Below are positions 1 through 10,792 of a stretch of 64,000 bases of DNA, piece after piece. The position numbers and the translations under genes were made by a program. The notes under the pieces were generated by a model, which ran no database searches, had not been told where the DNA came from, and worked only from the letters and a program-made list of their open reading frames with translations. How positions within the stretch are numbered: the stretch's first letter is position 1; the number at the start of each line of letters is the position of its first letter. The stretch is from Chitinophaga pinensis (GTDB lineage: Bacteria > Bacteroidota > Bacteroidia > 2-12-FULL-35-15): contig CAMCYR010000009.1 in the NCBI GenBank assembly GCA_945885475.1, positions 16,062 through 80,061 on the forward strand, read 5' to 3'.

Positions 1-356
1 TGGGGCAGGATTTCAGCAATCGCTTAAATTCCAGCATCAGATAATAATTCATACAAAACAATCCCTTCTCACATCAGGAACGACTTCAACTTGTTTCCAC
101 CTATATCTTTTTTTGCATAACACTTCTTTCTTCTATTAGCTTTCCAGAATGCAAACATCATTGTCCACACCTCTCAATCAAAACAATGTTATGCAATGAC
201 TATAGATGGAGTGTGCAGGAAGTTGAACAACGGTATCGTACATATTGAGAATAGCAAAGTATTTGTTTACGAAGCGTTTTGGGCAGCTAAATGCAGCCTA
301 TTTCACGAACGAATACAACGAAAGATTAAAAATTACTTTCAAAAACACCTATTAAC

Positions 357-1595
357 TTACTTGTTTTTCTCCTCTATCCATTTCGACATATACTTTGTGC
401 CTGAGATCGTATGATGCATTAACATCGCGCCTATAAAGTTTTTATGCCGGTGTTCCTGTAGATTTTCCTGAACTGATAAAATATGATCAATTAATTTTTT
501 ACCGAATTTTTCTTTAGAATAAAACTGATTGATAATCGATATTCCATTTTCCTGCGACTTCTTCCAAAGGGAAGCATCTGTATATAATTTCACTGCGGCA
601 TTTGCAATTTCAAGTGAAGTATTCGCAATTATTCCATTCCATTCAAAACTACCATGCATTCCTTCTGCTCCGATATCTGTTGTTACACTTGGTGTTCCGC
701 ATTGCATTGCTTCAACCAACTTGCCTTTTATTCCTGCGCCGAACCTTAATGGGGCCAAACAAATTTTCGCAGCACTTACTACCTGCATTGCGTCAGCTGC
801 TCTTCCTTTAATTAAAAATCCATCCTTGGGATAATTTAACTCATTCACCTTTTGTGAAGTATAGGCTCCGTAAATATGCAATTCTGCATCAGGTAATTGT
901 TTCCGGATCAAAGGCCATATTTCTTCTTTTAAATACTGGACTGCGTTCCAATTCGGCTCATGAATAAAATTACCGATGGTGATGAAGTTGGCTCTCTCTT
1001 CATACGAAGGCCATTTAATAATCGTGCCCTCGTCAATTGGGTCAATCAAAAAAGGGATATAATGAAGTAAAGCATTGTCAATTTTAAAATGATCGTTCAA
1101 CAATTTCATTTCAAAATCAGAAATGATCAGTGAACAATCGCAACGTAAAATACTGGCTATTTCCCGTTTTGCACTATCAGAAAAAAGAGCTTTTTCCGTA
1201 AACGCTCTTTTCTCTTTAAAAGCCTGCTGTCGCGCTTGACGGAGACAATGCAAATCAATCGTATCTAATATTCTTACTGCATCAGGAGCATTTTCGGCAA
1301 CTCTCCAGCCAAATTGCTCTTCGATCATAAAGCGATCAAAAATTACAATTGCAGGATTAAGCGCTGCAATAAAATCATCAAAACTTTTATTGTTTAATTC
1401 GATCTTTACCTTGCTAATTCCAAGCGTTTGAAAATCATAGGCAAATTCACTGTCGCTTGCAGCAGAAGCAAAAGTGATCTTCCAATTTTGCTTCAGAAAC
1501 AAATCGATCAACTGCAAAATCCGACTTCCCGCAGCAGATGACTTAGGTTCCGGCCAAACAGTACCGATAATTAAAACTTGATGAAAATTGATCAC
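357..1595 (-). CDS. Glycosyltransferase family 1 (GT4-like; C-terminal motif 'GAGIKGKLVEAMQCGTPSVTTDIGAEGM')
   Basis: 412-aa ORF; C-terminal GT1 nucleotide-sugar-binding motif readable in translation; start overlaps topB stop (ATGA-type overlap at 1592-1595). Confidence 0.7.
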   Translation of the reverse strand: MINFHQVLIIGTVWPEPKSSAAGSRILQLIDLFLKQNWKITFASAASDSEFAYDFQTLGISKVKIELNNKSFDDFIAALNPAIVIFDRFMIEEQFGWRVAENAPDAVRILDTIDLHCLRQARQQAFKEKRAFTEKALFSDSAKREIASILRCDCSLIISDFEMKLLNDHFKIDNALLHYIPFLIDPIDEGTIIKWPSYEERANFITIGNFIHEPNWNAVQYLKEEIWPLIRKQLPDAELHIYGAYTSQKVNELNYPKDGFLIKGRAADAMQVVSAAKICLAPLRFGAGIKGKLVEAMQCGTPSVTTDIGAEGMHGSFEWNGIIANTSLEIANAAVKLYTDASLWKKSQENGISIINQFYSKEKFGKKLIDHILSVQENLQEHRHKNFIGAMLMHHTISGTKYMSKWIEEKNK

Positions 1596-3835
1596 GAGGC
1601 ACTAAGGGTTTCAAAGGGTAAACGAAAATCACAACCTGCTTTATATTCGCTGCAACCATAAGACGTTTTTCCTTTTATAATATTTCCTTTTTTGCACTTC
1701 GGACAAATGCTCTGCTGCGTTTCAGCAACAGCCGCCTTTTTAGTTTTGGGTGCTTTTATTTGTACTTCTTCGAATTCTACATTAAAAGAATCCGTCAATT
1801 TTAAAATACCATCTTTCTTTACACCTCCAGCTGTACAACCTTTTATCACTGCCGTCCTTTTCTTTTCTAAAAGCAATTTTATTTGTGCATCACTTAATTT
1901 TTTTCCCATCAGTTCAAAAGGGATTTTCATGTCGCAGCCATTTTTATAATTGCTGCAACCGAAAGCGGTTTTGCCTTTCAACATTGTCCCCGAATTACAT
2001 TTCGGACAAACTGCTTTATCATCTTTTTCAACAACAGGTGCATGGCTAGCAATAGTGATACGCTGCGAACTTTCATTACGAACCTGTATAACCAAATCGC
2101 TTACCATCTGTTTCATTTCAGCTAAAAAAGCTTCCGCCTGATATTCTCCTTTTTCTATCTGACGTAATTTAAATTCCCAGTTACCGGTCATTTCAGCCGA
2201 CTTCAACAACTCGTTATTAATCACACGGATCAATTCCATTCCTGTGATCGTAGGAACGAGATTTTTCCGCTCGCGCTTCACATAATTTCTCCGGAACAAT
2301 GTTTCGATTATTGCCGCGCGCGTTGATGGCCGACCAATTCCATTGTCCTTCATCAACTCACGCACTTCTTCATCATCAATCTGCTTACCGGCCGTTTCCA
2401 TTGCACGCAACAATGTTGCTTCAGTATATGCCTTGGGAGCACTTGTTTTTCCTTCTGATAAAAACGCTTCATGAGAACCCGTTTCACCCGTTTCGAAAGC
2501 AGGTAACAATTGAATTTCCTCTTTCTCATCTTCATCAATCACCTCTTTATTATAAACAATCCGCCAGCCGGGATCTAAAATCTGTTTTCCAGTTGCCTTA
2601 AATTCGATTTCTTTTACTGCGCCTAAAACAGTTGTATTTGAAACTTCACAATCCGGATAAAATACAGCCAGAAAACGTTTTGAAATTGTATCGAATACTA
2701 ATGCTTCATTGCCCACTAAGCCTTGGGCTTTCATATCGGTAGGAATGATCGCGTGGTGATCTGTTACTTTTTTATCGTCAAAAACTTTCGTTGATTTCCG
2801 AATCTCACTTTCTAACAACGGTTTTACAAGTGCTTGATAATTGACCATGTTTTTTAAAACACCTGGAATCTTCGCATACATATCATTCGGTAGATACGTT
2901 GTATCTACCCGCGGATAGGTTACCAATTTTTTCTCATATAGATTTTGAATAATCTTCAATGTATCTTCAGCCGAATACCCAAAACGCTTGTTGCACTCAA
3001 CCTGCAGAGACGTAAGATCAAACAAACGCGGCGATGATTCTTTTCCTTTTTTTGTTTCAACGGTTGTAATTGTGAATTGCTCTTCTTTTATAGAAGAAAG
3101 AATGTCTTCGGCTTTTTGTTTTTCGTTCCCCTGAAATCTTTCTACTTGTGCATTAAAAACAACATCACGGTATTTTGTTTTCAATTCAAAAAAAACGGCT
3201 GATTTAAATGCGTTTATTTCCAGCTGCCTGTTAACAATCATTGCAAGCGTGGGAGTTTGCACACGCCCAATGGAAAGTACTTGTTTTCCATTTCCATATT
3301 TTATTGTAAACAAACGTGTGGCGTTCATTCCTAAAAGCCAATCTGCCGCAGCTCGGGAATAACCTGCAAAATAAAGACTTTCGTAATCTTTACCATCTTT
3401 CAGCTTCGTAAATCCTTCACGGATAGCTTCCTCTGTCAAGGATGAAATCCACAAACGTTTTAATGGTTTTTTACAGTTTGCTTTTGAAAAGATCCAACGC
3501 TGAATCAATTCTCCTTCCTGCCCAGCATCACCACAATTTATAACTTCTGATGCGTTTTCAAAAAGGGAAGCAATCGTATTGAATTGCTTTTCGATGCCTT
3601 TATCATTTTTAACTTTTATTCCGAATTTTTGTGGAAGAATAGGCAGCATATTCAAATTCCATTGGCGATAGGCAGAATCATATTCGTGCGGTTCTTTCAA
3701 TTCGCATAAATGCCCGAAACTCCATGTTACCTGATAGCCATTTCCTTCATAATAGCCATCTTTGCGCTGGTTAGCGCCCAAAATCTCAGCTATTTCTCTT
3801 GCTACACTCGGTTTCTCTGCAATACACACCTTCAT
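1592..3835 (-). CDS. topB: DNA topoisomerase III (type IA) with C-terminal C4 zinc-ribbon repeats
   Basis: 747-aa ORF; N-terminal Toprim 'MKVCIAEKPSVAREIAEILG...WSFGHL'; two C-terminal 'CPKC...GCxxYKxGC' zinc ribbons. Confidence 0.9.
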   Translation of the reverse strand: MKVCIAEKPSVAREIAEILGANQRKDGYYEGNGYQVTWSFGHLCELKEPHEYDSAYRQWNLNMLPILPQKFGIKVKNDKGIEKQFNTIASLFENASEVINCGDAGQEGELIQRWIFSKANCKKPLKRLWISSLTEEAIREGFTKLKDGKDYESLYFAGYSRAAADWLLGMNATRLFTIKYGNGKQVLSIGRVQTPTLAMIVNRQLEINAFKSAVFFELKTKYRDVVFNAQVERFQGNEKQKAEDILSSIKEEQFTITTVETKKGKESSPRLFDLTSLQVECNKRFGYSAEDTLKIIQNLYEKKLVTYPRVDTTYLPNDMYAKIPGVLKNMVNYQALVKPLLESEIRKSTKVFDDKKVTDHHAIIPTDMKAQGLVGNEALVFDTISKRFLAVFYPDCEVSNTTVLGAVKEIEFKATGKQILDPGWRIVYNKEVIDEDEKEEIQLLPAFETGETGSHEAFLSEGKTSAPKAYTEATLLRAMETAGKQIDDEEVRELMKDNGIGRPSTRAAIIETLFRRNYVKRERKNLVPTITGMELIRVINNELLKSAEMTGNWEFKLRQIEKGEYQAEAFLAEMKQMVSDLVIQVRNESSQRITIASHAPVVEKDDKAVCPKCNSGTMLKGKTAFGCSNYKNGCDMKIPFELMGKKLSDAQIKLLLEKKRTAVIKGCTAGGVKKDGILKLTDSFNVEFEEVQIKAPKTKKAAVAETQQSICPKCKKGNIIKGKTSYGCSEYKAGCDFRLPFETLSAS

Positions 3836-4029
3836 GATACCTTACCGCTGCATCCAATCCTTTAAAAAAAAGTGGGAACCAGGGATTTTTTTATTTCTTC
3901 AAAAATAGCAACTGAACGAGTTTTATGCTGAAAATGATGTAACGTTTTATCAACAACTCTTTTGGTTTAAGATTTGTTATGCTATTTTTACATCTATAAA
4001 CAACAACTAATTTAACACGTAAAATCATT

Positions 4030-4635
4030 ATGAAAAAGATACTAGTAGCATTTACATTATTATTAGTGGCGACAACAGGTTTTGCCAAAAAAGATAAAAA
4101 AGCCAAATTAGAACCAGGTATGTATGCTGAAATAACTACCAACAAAGGAGTAATACTTTTGGCACTTGAATATGTGAAAACGCCACTTACTGTTGCCAAT
4201 TTTGTTGGTTTAGCGGAAGGGAAAATAAAAAACAATTCAAAAAAAGCAGGCGTTCCCTATTACGACAGTTTAAAATTCCACCGTGTAATCCCGAACTTTA
4301 TGATTCAAGGGGGCGACCCATTAGGAAACGGAACTGGCGGACCGGGTTACAAATTCAAAGACGAGTTCCACCCTGATCTTAAACACACAGGACCAGGTAT
4401 TTTTTCAATGGCAAATGCTGGACCAGGAACAAATGGTTCTCAATTTTTTATTACACACATTGCTACACCTTGGTTAAATGAAAAACATACTGTTTTTGGT
4501 CACGTTATTAACGGCCAGGATGTTGTAAATGCGATTGTTCAAGGGGACTTGATCATTAAAGTAAAAATCATCCGAAAAGGAAAAGCAGCAAAAAAATTCA
4601 AAGCAGAAAAGGTTTTTGCAGAATTAAATAAATAG
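4030..4635 (+). CDS. Peptidyl-prolyl cis-trans isomerase, cyclophilin type, with signal peptide
   Basis: 201 aa; '[14 protein letters not shown]...[18 protein letters not shown]' cyclophilin signature; N-terminal hydrophobic signal. Confidence 0.9.
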   Translation: MKKILVAFTLLLVATTGFAKKDKKAKLEPGMYAEITTNKGVILLALEYVKTPLTVANFVGLAEGKIKNNSKKAGVPYYDSLKFHRVIPNFMIQGGDPLGNGTGGPGYKFKDEFHPDLKHTGPGIFSMANAGPGTNGSQFFITHIATPWLNEKHTVFGHVINGQDVVNAIVQGDLIIKVKIIRKGKAAKKFKAEKVFAELNK

Positions 4636-4778
4636 GTTAGCGTTGGGGATTTTGACTCTGCTTTCATTGGTCCTATATTCTAATGCGATGGTTGGATTAT
4701 AGCAAGCTTCACCCTTTCATAAAAACATCGTAAGTAACATAAAGTTCAGTCCAGCTCATAAATATTTTTTGTAAAAAA

Positions 4779-5051
4779 ATGATAGCAACAATTGAAATAA
4801 GTATGTATTCACTCAGCGATGGTTACGAACAAAAAGTCATCGATTTCATACTCCGAATAAAAAAAAATAAAAGTATTCGCGTTGAAGTAGGCGGCTTAAG
4901 CACCATGCTTTATGGCGAGTTTAACCTATTGATGGACACAGTTAAAAATGAGATGAAAAACGATTTCGAAAATGGTAAAGCTGTATTTCTCATGAAAATT
5001 GCAGGAACTGAATTAACAAAAGAAAAATTACCCGAATCATTAAAATCATAA
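4779..5051 (+). CDS. YkoF/MTH1187-family (DUF77) thiamine-binding-like small protein
   Basis: 90 aa; 'IEISMYSLSDGYEQKVIDFI...VEVGGLSTMLYGEF...' resembles MTH1187/YkoF fold family. Confidence 0.55.
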   Translation: MIATIEISMYSLSDGYEQKVIDFILRIKKNKSIRVEVGGLSTMLYGEFNLLMDTVKNEMKNDFENGKAVFLMKIAGTELTKEKLPESLKS

Positions 5052-5055
5052 TGTC

Positions 5056-5622
5056 ATGAAAAAAATAATTTTAACCATTATCGCAATTGCATGCATTACA
5101 ATGGCATTCAGTCCAAAAGCTAGTGTTGTTGGGACACTTTTTCCGGGAATGGAATGTGAAGATTATAACGGGAAAGCGGTGAATCTGCCTGTCGATACAA
5201 AAGGCAAATACTCATTACTTTGTATTGCGTTCAGCACTGCTGCAGAGCCCGATCTTAAAACATGGATCAATCCTATATACAATAAATTTATCGGCAAAGT
5301 GGATGCTTCAAAAGCGGATGTTTTTGATATTCATGTAGATTATGATGTAAACTTATATTTTATTCCGATGTTCACAGGATTCAATAAACTAGCAAGTAAC
5401 GCTTCAAAGGATAAAATAAAATCAAAAACGGACAAAGAACTTTATCCGTATCTGTTATTTTATGATGGGGGAAAGGCCTACAAAGAAGAGTTGGATTTCA
5501 AAAAACGTGATATTCCCTACTTTTTTGTTTTAGATAAAACTGGAAAAGTTATATATACCACTTCCGGGAAATACGATGATTCTAAGTTAGAAAAGATAGT
5601 TGATATTTTTGAGGAAAACTAA
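5056..5622 (+). CDS. Hypothetical lipoprotein, possibly thioredoxin-like fold without CxxC
   Basis: 188 aa with signal/lipobox-like N-terminus; C-terminal 'PYFFVLDKTGKVIYTTSGKYD' resembles redoxin/TlpA beta-strand pattern but no CxxC. Confidence 0.45.
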   Translation: MKKIILTIIAIACITMAFSPKASVVGTLFPGMECEDYNGKAVNLPVDTKGKYSLLCIAFSTAAEPDLKTWINPIYNKFIGKVDASKADVFDIHVDYDVNLYFIPMFTGFNKLASNASKDKIKSKTDKELYPYLLFYDGGKAYKEELDFKKRDIPYFFVLDKTGKVIYTTSGKYDDSKLEKIVDIFEEN

Positions 5623-5706
5623 ATTTAAGTACTTTCCTTTTTTACAACAGTAGTTTTTTACTAGATTTCATTATCTTTACTTAAGGATTAATAAGATTAA
5701 ATACAG

Positions 5707-8700
5707 ATGAAAAAACTACTCCTTTTTCCGACACTTATACTGTCCCATTTTATGAGTAATGCAATTGAGGTAATCGAAAATCCCTTTGCAAAATCATTCG
5801 AAAAAGCCTATTCAGTCCACCCTGAAATTTCCAGAGGAATGCTTGAAGCGGTTGCATTTTGTAATACACGATTCACGCATATCACACACCGCGCTATTGA
5901 ATCAGAAAGCTGCGCAGGAATTCCAAACGCATATGGTGTAATGGGTCTAACCTTAGACGGCAAAAACTACTTCAACAATAACCTTATTACGGTTTCTGAA
6001 CTTTCGTTGATCAGCACGAATGAAGTGATCAACGTTCCAGAAAAAAACATTCTTGCTTTCGCTGATGCTTATGCAAAAGTGAAAATAATGCTTAATATCA
6101 GCAGCAATAAAGCAGCGGATCAATTAACTATTTTAAACTACTTGAGCGAGTTGCCAAGAGAAACTACCGGGCAAATTTATGCACTGGCGAGTCAAGAATT
6201 CGGATATGTTCAGTTTTTAATGAACGTTGATTATCAGCATCAGTATAATTTTCCTGATCATCAATTAGATCCCGAGAAAATATTCGGAAAGGACAACTAT
6301 GCTATTTTAAGCTCTTCATCAGTTATCGTTACAGATGAAAAAGTATACAATAAAAGTGGACAAACATTTCAGAGATCTGCTCTATCATCAGATTATGCTC
6401 CCGCCATTTGGAATGCAGCAGCTTCCTGTAATTTTAGTTCAAGAAGTAGTACAGCAGTTTCTGCGGTGACAATCCATACCGTTCAAGGTACGTATGCAGG
6501 ATGCATTTCATGGTTTCAGAATTGCGCTGCAAGTGTTTCCGCGCATTATGTTGCACGTTCAAGTGACGGGCAGATCACGCAAATGGTTTTAGAATCCATG
6601 AAAGCATGGCATGTTGGTTCTCATAATCCATACACAATCGGAATTGAGCATGAAGGATACATTAGTTCGGCATCCTGGTATACAAATGCAATGTATAATG
6701 GATCAGCTTCTTTGGTGAGAGATATTTGCATAAGTGGATACGGGATTAATCCCTTGAGATGTTATTATGGCTCTGGCTGTTCCGGTGGAGCATCCACTTG
6801 CGGGATAGGCTCTTGTACAACGATCAAAGGCCATCAAATGTTCAGCGCACAAACACATACGGATCCTGGACCATTTTGGAATTGGGCAAAATATTATTTA
6901 CTGATTAATAACAGTCCTGTAATTTCAACAATCACTACTGCAGCTGGAAACTATTATGACAGTGGCGGATCTACCGGAAACTATTCTAATGACGAGCGTT
7001 TGCTAAGACTTATCCAACCAGCGGGAGCAACATCAATCACTTTAAATTTCACAGCATTCAATACAGAATTAAACTGGGATTATTTATTTATATATGATGG
7101 CGCAACCACCGCTGCGCCACTGATCGGACAATATACGGGAACGTCATCTCCCGGCAGTGTTACTTCAAGCAGCGGCTCTTTACTTTTAGAGTTTCGTTCT
7201 GATTGTGCAACTGTTTCTTCAGGTTGGGCAGCTAACTGGACAAGCACTTCAGGTTTTGCGACAACAGCAGACAGCATTGCTCCTACTACAAGTGTGTCAA
7301 CAAGCGGTGTATGGGAAACTTCAAATTTTGTGGCCAACTTTACTGATGCAGATAATGCAGGTGGAAGCGGCTTAGAAAAAAGTTACTACCAAGTAATTGA
7401 TTTCAACGGAACAGAATGGAGAGCAAATAATAACAATGGTTTTTTTGCCGACAATTTTGATGATGCGATTCATCCTGATTGGACAACAGCAGTTGGAACT
7501 TTTAGCATCAATGCGGGATCACTTTATCAAAGCGATGAAGCAAATGGAAATACAAATATCTATGCTGCTTTGAATCAAAGTTTATCGGATAGGTCTTTGT
7601 TCAATTTCTACGGTAAAATAGATGGAGCAGGTATTTCCAGAAGAGCAGGTTTTCATTTCTTCTCTGATAACGGCAGTCTTACAAACAGAGGGAATTCCTA
7701 TTTTGTTTGGTTCAGAGTGGATGATGGATTTCTACAGATCTATAAAGTAGCCGGTGATGTTTTTGGATCACCGGTTGTTAACGTTCCGTTTATTACAATT
7801 GCCGGACAATGGTACGACTACAAAGTAATTCATGATCATATTACTGGAAAGATCACGATATACAGAGACAATCAATTTGTAACGTCTTGGACCGACCCAT
7901 CTCCGTTAGCTACAATCGGAAATTCAATTTCTTTTCGCACAGGAAATGCAAATTTCGCGATCAACGAATTAAAGATATATCGTTCTAGAAATCCTTCATC
8001 TGCAAATATAACAGCAGGTGCTGCTAGCACGAATGATATCCGTTTTCAAAATCCGAATCCGACAACGTTTTCAGCCAAAGTAAAATCAATTTGTGCAGAT
8101 ACTGCAGGAAATCTTTCTGCAATTTTTTATCAGAATATCAATGTCGATTGGACAGCACCAAGCGCTGTTGATACACTCAACGACGGAACAGGAGCTGACA
8201 TCGCGATCACAACCTCCGCAACAGATCTTTCAGCAAACTGGAGTATTTCCGATGATCCCCATTCTGCAATCGCCCATTACTGGTATGCGGTAGGAACAAG
8301 TCCGGGTGCAACAGATGTTATGAACTGGACCGACAATTGGTATAGCGACAGTGTTACTGTTTCAGGATTAAGTTTAGTGAACTTACAAACATATTATTTC
8401 AGTGTAAAGGCGGAAGACGGAGCGGGATTAATTTCTGAGGTTGTGAGTAGTAACGGACAAATGGTTCAGCTAATAGCTACAGGAACGGAAGATCAGTCAG
8501 CAAATTCCGAAATAACGATTTCCCCGAATCCATTCTCCAATAATTCAATCATTACGTATTCTTTATCCAAGAATTCTAATGTAGAAATTATCCTGAATGA
8601 TGTTTTAGGAAAAGAAATACACTTATTCAATGCAGGTCAAACTGCAGGTAAACATGAGCTCACAATCAATGCTACTGAAATGAAATTATCAAAAGGGATG

Positions 8701-8760
8701 TATTTTATAAAAATCAGAACAGATAATTCGCAAAAAACAATTAAGGTCATCATTAAATAA
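5707..8760 (+). CDS. T9SS-secreted multidomain N-acetylmuramoyl-L-alanine amidase (amidase_2/PGRP-like) with CUB-like, lectin/LamG-like and FN3-like domains and type-A Por C-terminal sorting domain
   Basis: 1017 aa; amidase_2 motifs 'AWHVGSHNPYTIGIEHEG' and 'HTDPGPFWNW' (approx nt 6415-6900); CUB-like 'LNFTAFNTELNWDYLFIYDG...'; C-terminal 'ISPNPFSNNS...GMYFIKIRTD...IKVIIK' Por_Secre_tail (nt ~8515-8757). Confidence 0.8.
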   Translation: MKKLLLFPTLILSHFMSNAIEVIENPFAKSFEKAYSVHPEISRGMLEAVAFCNTRFTHITHRAIESESCAGIPNAYGVMGLTLDGKNYFNNNLITVSELSLISTNEVINVPEKNILAFADAYAKVKIMLNISSNKAADQLTILNYLSELPRETTGQIYALASQEFGYVQFLMNVDYQHQYNFPDHQLDPEKIFGKDNYAILSSSSVIVTDEKVYNKSGQTFQRSALSSDYAPAIWNAAASCNFSSRSSTAVSAVTIHTVQGTYAGCISWFQNCAASVSAHYVARSSDGQITQMVLESMKAWHVGSHNPYTIGIEHEGYISSASWYTNAMYNGSASLVRDICISGYGINPLRCYYGSGCSGGASTCGIGSCTTIKGHQMFSAQTHTDPGPFWNWAKYYLLINNSPVISTITTAAGNYYDSGGSTGNYSNDERLLRLIQPAGATSITLNFTAFNTELNWDYLFIYDGATTAAPLIGQYTGTSSPGSVTSSSGSLLLEFRSDCATVSSGWAANWTSTSGFATTADSIAPTTSVSTSGVWETSNFVANFTDADNAGGSGLEKSYYQVIDFNGTEWRANNNNGFFADNFDDAIHPDWTTAVGTFSINAGSLYQSDEANGNTNIYAALNQSLSDRSLFNFYGKIDGAGISRRAGFHFFSDNGSLTNRGNSYFVWFRVDDGFLQIYKVAGDVFGSPVVNVPFITIAGQWYDYKVIHDHITGKITIYRDNQFVTSWTDPSPLATIGNSISFRTGNANFAINELKIYRSRNPSSANITAGAASTNDIRFQNPNPTTFSAKVKSICADTAGNLSAIFYQNINVDWTAPSAVDTLNDGTGADIAITTSATDLSANWSISDDPHSAIAHYWYAVGTSPGATDVMNWTDNWYSDSVTVSGLSLVNLQTYYFSVKAEDGAGLISEVVSSNGQMVQLIATGTEDQSANSEITISPNPFSNNSIITYSLSKNSNVEIILNDVLGKEIHLFNAGQTAGKHELTINATEMKLSKGMYFIKIRTDNSQKTIKVIIK

Positions 8761-8761
8761 G

Positions 8762-8795
8762 GTGAACAGAATAATTCTATTCACATCATTTTATT
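8762..8795 (+). terminator. Candidate rho-independent terminator after amidase gene
   Basis: Imperfect inverted repeat gtgaacagaat/attctattcac immediately after stop codon followed by T-rich tract. Confidence 0.35.
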
Positions 8796-9379
8796 CAGCA
8801 TATACTTTTGGTAAGCCGGAGAAACTATAGACTTACGTTATGCTTTTATCTCAACTGGTAATCACCACTATTTAAATTTCACTTGAGGAAAAAAAGCATT
8901 CAAAAAAAATCTATTCATTAGGAAGAGGCAGAAAAATACGCGAAGTATAATTGCTCATCTAACGAACAATCTGAAAATTTACAAACTTTTGAGACCAGCA
9001 TCCCAAAATCCAATCAAAAAAGAAGTGCATGAAGAGCATACAATTTAAATAAAAAAGTTTTTGGCTGGTAACATTGCTGAATTACCGTATTGGAATTAAA
9101 GTAGGATTGGACAGAAATAACGGCTAAGTGTTATTTTTTTTATAAAATATATTCATCAAACGTAAATCCCATCAGTAGCTATGTTTATAGGAGTAAAAAA
9201 AATCTTATTAATATTAAAACTTAAAGCTATTGCCTAGTATTCATTACAGATAGGCTAAAGCATTTTATGTTATAATTTCTACAAAATGATATCATTCACA
9301 TAGAAATAAATTCAGGTTACCAAGCAAAAAAGATTACAAAGATTGTTATTTTGCTTAAATTTGATTTAAAATTAAAAAA

Positions 9380-10792
9380 ATGAAGGAATCAAAATACAAG
9401 CATCTTAAAGCAACAGAAACAGATGCTTTTTTGATTGGCGCAGGGATAATGAGTAGCACGCTAGCAACACTTCTTATTGAACTCTTTCCGGAATGGAAAA
9501 TTCAAATCAGTGAACGTAGAAATAGTGCCGCGGAAGAAAGCTCATCAAGTCTTAATAATGCAGGAACAGGACATTCAGGGTATTGTGAATTAAATTACAC
9601 GCCCGAAGATGCACATGGCAACATTGATATATCCAAAGCAATCGCGGTTCATAAAGCGTTTTCTAAATCGATTGAGTTTTGGCAATATTTAATTGAAGCG
9701 GGAAAAATCAATAGTGATATACATACAATCACAAAACACATCAGCTTTGTAAGCGGAGAAAAAAATGTAGATTATTTGTTTAGAAGATGGGAAGCAATGA
9801 CAAAATCTGATGCGTTTGAGGATTTAGAATATTTTTCTAAAAACGAAGATCTTTTAAAAATAATCCCGTTAATGATGGAAGGAAGAGATATCAATTCTCC
9901 ATGTGCAATAACTGTTCACGATGGTTATGATATTGATTATGGTAAAATAACAAAGTATTTAATTCAAAATCTCCACGAACATAATGTCGATATTAACAAA
10001 AATCATGAAGTTATTGATTTATACAAAATAGGCAACAAATGGCAGGTTATCCAAAAAAACTTAGTTACTAATGAAATAAGTAAAATTGAAGCTAAATTTG
10101 TTTTTATTGGTGCAGGCGGCGCCGCTATTACGTTATTAGAGAAATCAGAAATTCCTGAAGCTAGCGGTTATGCCGGTTTTCCTGTTTCTGGTGAGTGGTT
10201 AATATGCGAAAATCAACAGGTTGTCGAAAAACATTTTTCTAAAGTTTATGGCAGGCCAAGTGTGGGATCTCCTCCTATGTCAACGCCACATTTGGACTTA
10301 CGAACAATTAACGGAAAGCACTGCTTACTTTTTGGTCCGTATGCAGGTATGTCAACAAAATTTTTAAAATACGGTAATTGGACAGATTTTTTTAAGTCGA
10401 TTAGAATAAATAATATTGGTGTGTTACTTGATGCAGGTGCTCGTAATTTAGGATTAACAAAATATTTAATAAAAGAACTTTTTAAAACAAAAGCAGGAAG
10501 GTTTAACGTTTTGAAAGAATATTACCCAAATGCAAATCAAAAAGATTGGAAAAGATCTGTAGCTGGTCAAAGAGTGCAAGTTATAAAAAGAGTTAATGGG
10601 AAAGGTGTGATTGAATTTGGTACTGAATTAGTTACGGCCAAAGATGGAAGTTTAGCTTGTTTGCTGGGCGCAAGTCCGGGAGCAGCTACATCAGTAAAAG
10701 TAATGCTTGATGTGATAGAAACTTGTTTTAATATGAATGATGCTACTAAAGAAAAATTATCTAAAATGATTCCAACGTATGGCAAAAAATAA
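9380..10792 (+). CDS. mqo: Malate:quinone oxidoreductase (FAD-dependent)
   Basis: 470 aa; N-terminal 'FLIGAGIMSSTLATLL...SSSLNNAGTGHSGYCELNYT' typical of Mqo. Confidence 0.9.
   Translation: MKESKYKHLKATETDAFLIGAGIMSSTLATLLIELFPEWKIQISERRNSAAEESSSSLNNAGTGHSGYCELNYTPEDAHGNIDISKAIAVHKAFSKSIEFWQYLIEAGKINSDIHTITKHISFVSGEKNVDYLFRRWEAMTKSDAFEDLEYFSKNEDLLKIIPLMMEGRDINSPCAITVHDGYDIDYGKITKYLIQNLHEHNVDINKNHEVIDLYKIGNKWQVIQKNLVTNEISKIEAKFVFIGAGGAAITLLEKSEIPEASGYAGFPVSGEWLICENQQVVEKHFSKVYGRPSVGSPPMSTPHLDLRTINGKHCLLFGPYAGMSTKFLKYGNWTDFFKSIRINNIGVLLDAGARNLGLTKYLIKELFKTKAGRFNVLKEYYPNANQKDWKRSVAGQRVQVIKRVNGKGVIEFGTELVTAKDGSLACLLGASPGAATSVKVMLDVIETCFNMNDATKEKLSKMIPTYGKK

Noticed and set aside
196-834. Small ORFs 196..414(+), 529..834(+), 602..811(+)
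   Set aside because: The latter two are antisense to the glycosyltransferase gene. The first lies in the 3' flank and partly overlaps the glycosyltransferase's C-terminal end, with no features.
7080-7337. 85-aa minus-strand ORF within the amidase gene
   Set aside because: It is antisense to the CUB-like domain coding region, and its translation is Ala/Val-rich reverse-complement noise.
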